Source: Lachnospiraceae bacterium (GTDB lineage: Bacteria > Bacillota > Clostridia > Lachnospirales > Lachnospiraceae). Taken from it: a stretch of DNA of 64,000 nucleotides. The first letter of the stretch is position 1. Each line of letters opens with the position of its first letter. Of this stretch, positions 61,922 through 64,000 are shown in pieces. The notes beneath the pieces were generated by a model. The model did no database searches, had not been told where the DNA came from, and saw only the letters and a program-made list of their open reading frames with translations. A program made the translations under genes and the position numbers. The stretch is taken from the NCBI GenBank assembly GCA_024687305.1, contig JAILEQ010000118.1:2759-66758 (forward strand), given 5' to 3'.

Positions 61922-62818
61922 TTATTTATTTACCAGACTGTCGATAGTCCTTACAAGGTTACCGATCTCAGGTTTTGAAAGCTGAGCATTGGCGCCGAGC
62001 TGTTCACCCTTGCGTTTCATTTCATCATTTACAAGCGATGAGAAGATAACGATTGGAATATCCTTTGTCGCATCATCGGATTTAACAAGTTTTGTAAGTC
62101 TGTGGCCATCCATGATGGGCATCTCAATATCGGTAATGATACACTGAACATGCTCCTTCAAGCTGCCTTTTTCCTTACATTCCTGAATGATATTGTAAGC
62201 TTCCTGACCATTCTCGGTATGAATGATATTTACATATCCGGCCTTCTTAAGAGAATCAACGATAAGCTTGTTAAGGAGAACGGAATCTTCAGCGATAAGT
62301 ATCGGAACATCGCTTCGTTTTCTGTCACCGAGTGCATCTACATCGCTTGTCTTAAGTCCTGTCTCGGGATTAATATCAGAAACGATCTTCTCGAAATCAA
62401 GAATGATAATGAGCTTATTCTCACGTTTAACAATACCTGTTGATATACCGTCTTCAGTTGTGGATACGGTTGCGCCGGGCTTAATGATATCGCCCCAGGA
62501 TACTCTGTGAATACCCAAAACCTGATCAACATGGAATGCAATATCAAGTTTGTTAAAGTTTGTGATTATGAACAGACCACCGGGTTCAGATTTACCGCGC
62601 TGTAAGCAGTTCTTTAAGTCGATCGCGGTAATCATTGTATCTCTCGGCATGAATATACCTTCAATACTGGGATGAGCATTGGGAACGGGAGTAACCTCCG
62701 CATAAGGGATGATCTCACGAATCTTCGCTACGTTGATGCCGTAAGAGTTACCGTCCAGTAAGAATTCCAGAACCTCCAACTCGTTGGTACCGTTTTCCAA
62801 AAGAATCTTTGTCTCCAT
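61922..62818 (-). CDS. cheV: Chemotaxis protein CheV (CheW-REC)
   Basis: GTNELEVLEF; YGINVAKIREI; LIAEDS; ITDIEMPIMDGH. ATG 62818 with GGAGAG RBS. Confidence 0.95.
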   Translation of the reverse strand: METKILLENGTNELEVLEFLLDGNSYGINVAKIREIIPYAEVTPVPNAHPSIEGIFMPRDTMITAIDLKNCLQRGKSEPGGLFIITNFNKLDIAFHVDQVLGIHRVSWGDIIKPGATVSTTEDGISTGIVKRENKLIIILDFEKIVSDINPETGLKTSDVDALGDRKRSDVPILIAEDSVLLNKLIVDSLKKAGYVNIIHTENGQEAYNIIQECKEKGSLKEHVQCIITDIEMPIMDGHRLTKLVKSDDATKDIPIVIFSSLVNDEMKRKGEQLGANAQLSKPEIGNLVRTIDSLVNK

Positions 62819-62897
62819 TAACAAACTCTCCTATCTCAGATGTTATATTACGAAATCATGGCGCAGACACAAAAAATTGGTCTACAATTTATAAAAA

Positions 62898-62925
62898 ATT
62901 ATAGCATACTGTCTAAAAATATCAA
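62898..62925 (-). promoter_or_regulatory. Sigma-A-type promoter of cheV
   Basis: TTGATA-16 nt-TATAAT with extended -10 TG. Confidence 0.55.
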
Positions 62926-63014
62926 ACGAATTTCCCCCGATAATTGCATTATTAACTAAAAAATAACGGGATTGACAAGTTTTGGATCAATTTAAATCCG
63001 AATTATCCAAACAC

Positions 63015-63073
63015 AAAAAATACCCGAAATCATATTTCTGTTTAGATAAATTGTGACCGGAAATACGATTTCG
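63015..63073 (-). terminator. Probable terminator after the membrane-protein gene
   Basis: CGAAATCATATTTC/GAAATACGATTTCG imperfect stem followed by a U-tract on the minus strand. Confidence 0.6.
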
Positions 63074-63093
63074 AGCGAATTAAAAGATCTAAT

Positions 63094-63765
63094 TTAAATA
63101 ATTCCAAGCGGGATCAAAACTATCAGCAAAATTGCTACCAAAGACCATTCGATAACAAGAAACCGCGTACGCTTCTTAGGTTCCATGTCGGGAACATAGT
63201 TACTTGCCAGGAAGAAAGGAACATAAGTGGTTATAAATACAGGAATAACACCCCACCACTTATAAACCCATATAAACGAATGGTTGGACGTTCCGGCAAG
63301 GAACGATTCAAACAATGCAAACAACAACGCCATTTCAAGCGCTCCGACCAGTTTGCAGCTGATACCTTTCTTTTTACCGTTGTTTGTGAAATATCTTTTG
63401 TTTCTGTCCGCAGGGAGCATCTTAAACGAAATGATACCCGCAAGCATAAACATCATCGACAATTCCCAGCAAACACCGATCAAAAGGATAAATGTCGTCG
63501 ACTCATTCGATACAGACCAAAGCGGATAGCCCGTTACATGACCTATGATCGCATTGCATATCTCATAAAGCCAGTGAACTCCGTACAAAGCAAGTCCCGC
63601 AAAAACCACCTCATAATTCTTTTTGTGAATCTCCGACCAATAAACATAAAAAATGACTGCAAGAATAAAGATAAAAGTCCAGTTAAAATTCTCCGTACTT
63701 CTTACTTTAATGCTGTCTACAAGTTGCTTTGCGGCATCAGAGCCGTCTCCCCAGAATACAAACAT
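63094..63765 (-). CDS. Multi-pass membrane protein of unknown function
   Basis: ATG 63765 with GGAGG RBS; about 6 hydrophobic helices; Trp-rich. Confidence 0.8.
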   Translation of the reverse strand: MFVFWGDGSDAAKQLVDSIKVRSTENFNWTFIFILAVIFYVYWSEIHKKNYEVVFAGLALYGVHWLYEICNAIIGHVTGYPLWSVSNESTTFILLIGVCWELSMMFMLAGIISFKMLPADRNKRYFTNNGKKKGISCKLVGALEMALLFALFESFLAGTSNHSFIWVYKWWGVIPVFITTYVPFFLASNYVPDMEPKKRTRFLVIEWSLVAILLIVLIPLGII

Positions 63766-63875
63766 AGTACTGCCTCCTCTATTTTTTATAAATATATTAT
63801 AAAACAAAAAAGGAAACCACACAAAGTGATTTCCTAAAAATTATTACTATTGACTACTTAATACAGAACAGAACT

Positions 63876-63990
63876 TAGGAATCACAAATTCACAAAGTGA
63901 ATTTGTTGATCGCAACTCAAAGGTTCAATTGAGTTGCGACGCGGAGCGTTCCGCAATTGTTTTGGTATCTCACAAAACAATTGATTCCTA
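63876..63990. repeat. Multi-hairpin palindromic element
   Basis: Outer TAGGAATCA/TGATTCCTA enclosing four perfect hairpins. Confidence 0.75.
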
Positions 63991-64000
63991 TTGGTCTACA

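Overview
Core-genome region of a low-GC Firmicute; gene order and protein style suggest Clostridia, probably Lachnospiraceae (inference). Most genes lie on the minus strand. From the window start: partial tyrS with a Tyr T-box; an operon of a REC/HD-GYP regulator and two hybrid histidine kinases; DUF512-der-plsY-gpsA-MoxR-VWA; prs; an OmpR-type two-component pair; the ylxM-ffh-rpsP-khpA-rimM-trmD-rplS-lepB-rbgA-lepB-rnhB-ylqG/H-yraN block; a PBP4b-like lipoprotein, AraC and ilvA inserted between ftsY and ylxM; yceD-rpmF-plsX-acpP-rnc-smc-ftsY; pta without ackA; tmcAL; a polar amino-acid ABC transporter; a cobalamin riboswitch ahead of a DUF4430 lipoprotein and an ECF S-component; gpmA; polA-coaE-FtsA-like-MBL-ACT-DUF711; tRNA-Leu(CAA); ung; hisHF; a large acidic membrane protein; a degenerate sirtuin; cheV. 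I saw no transposase, prophage or CRISPR array. Best leads: (1) the acidic membrane protein carries several FliM-N-like (CheY-binding-like) motifs and lies near cheV; (2) the two coupled hybrid kinases show complementary degeneration; (3) three highly structured intergenic elements, one flanked by a perfect 52-bp tRNA 3'-end duplication; (4) a riboswitch-controlled transcobalamin-like B12 capture module; (5) a pseudo-sirtuin and an FtsA-like ATPase with beta-grasp-like repeats. All family calls come from motif recognition by eye, not database searches.
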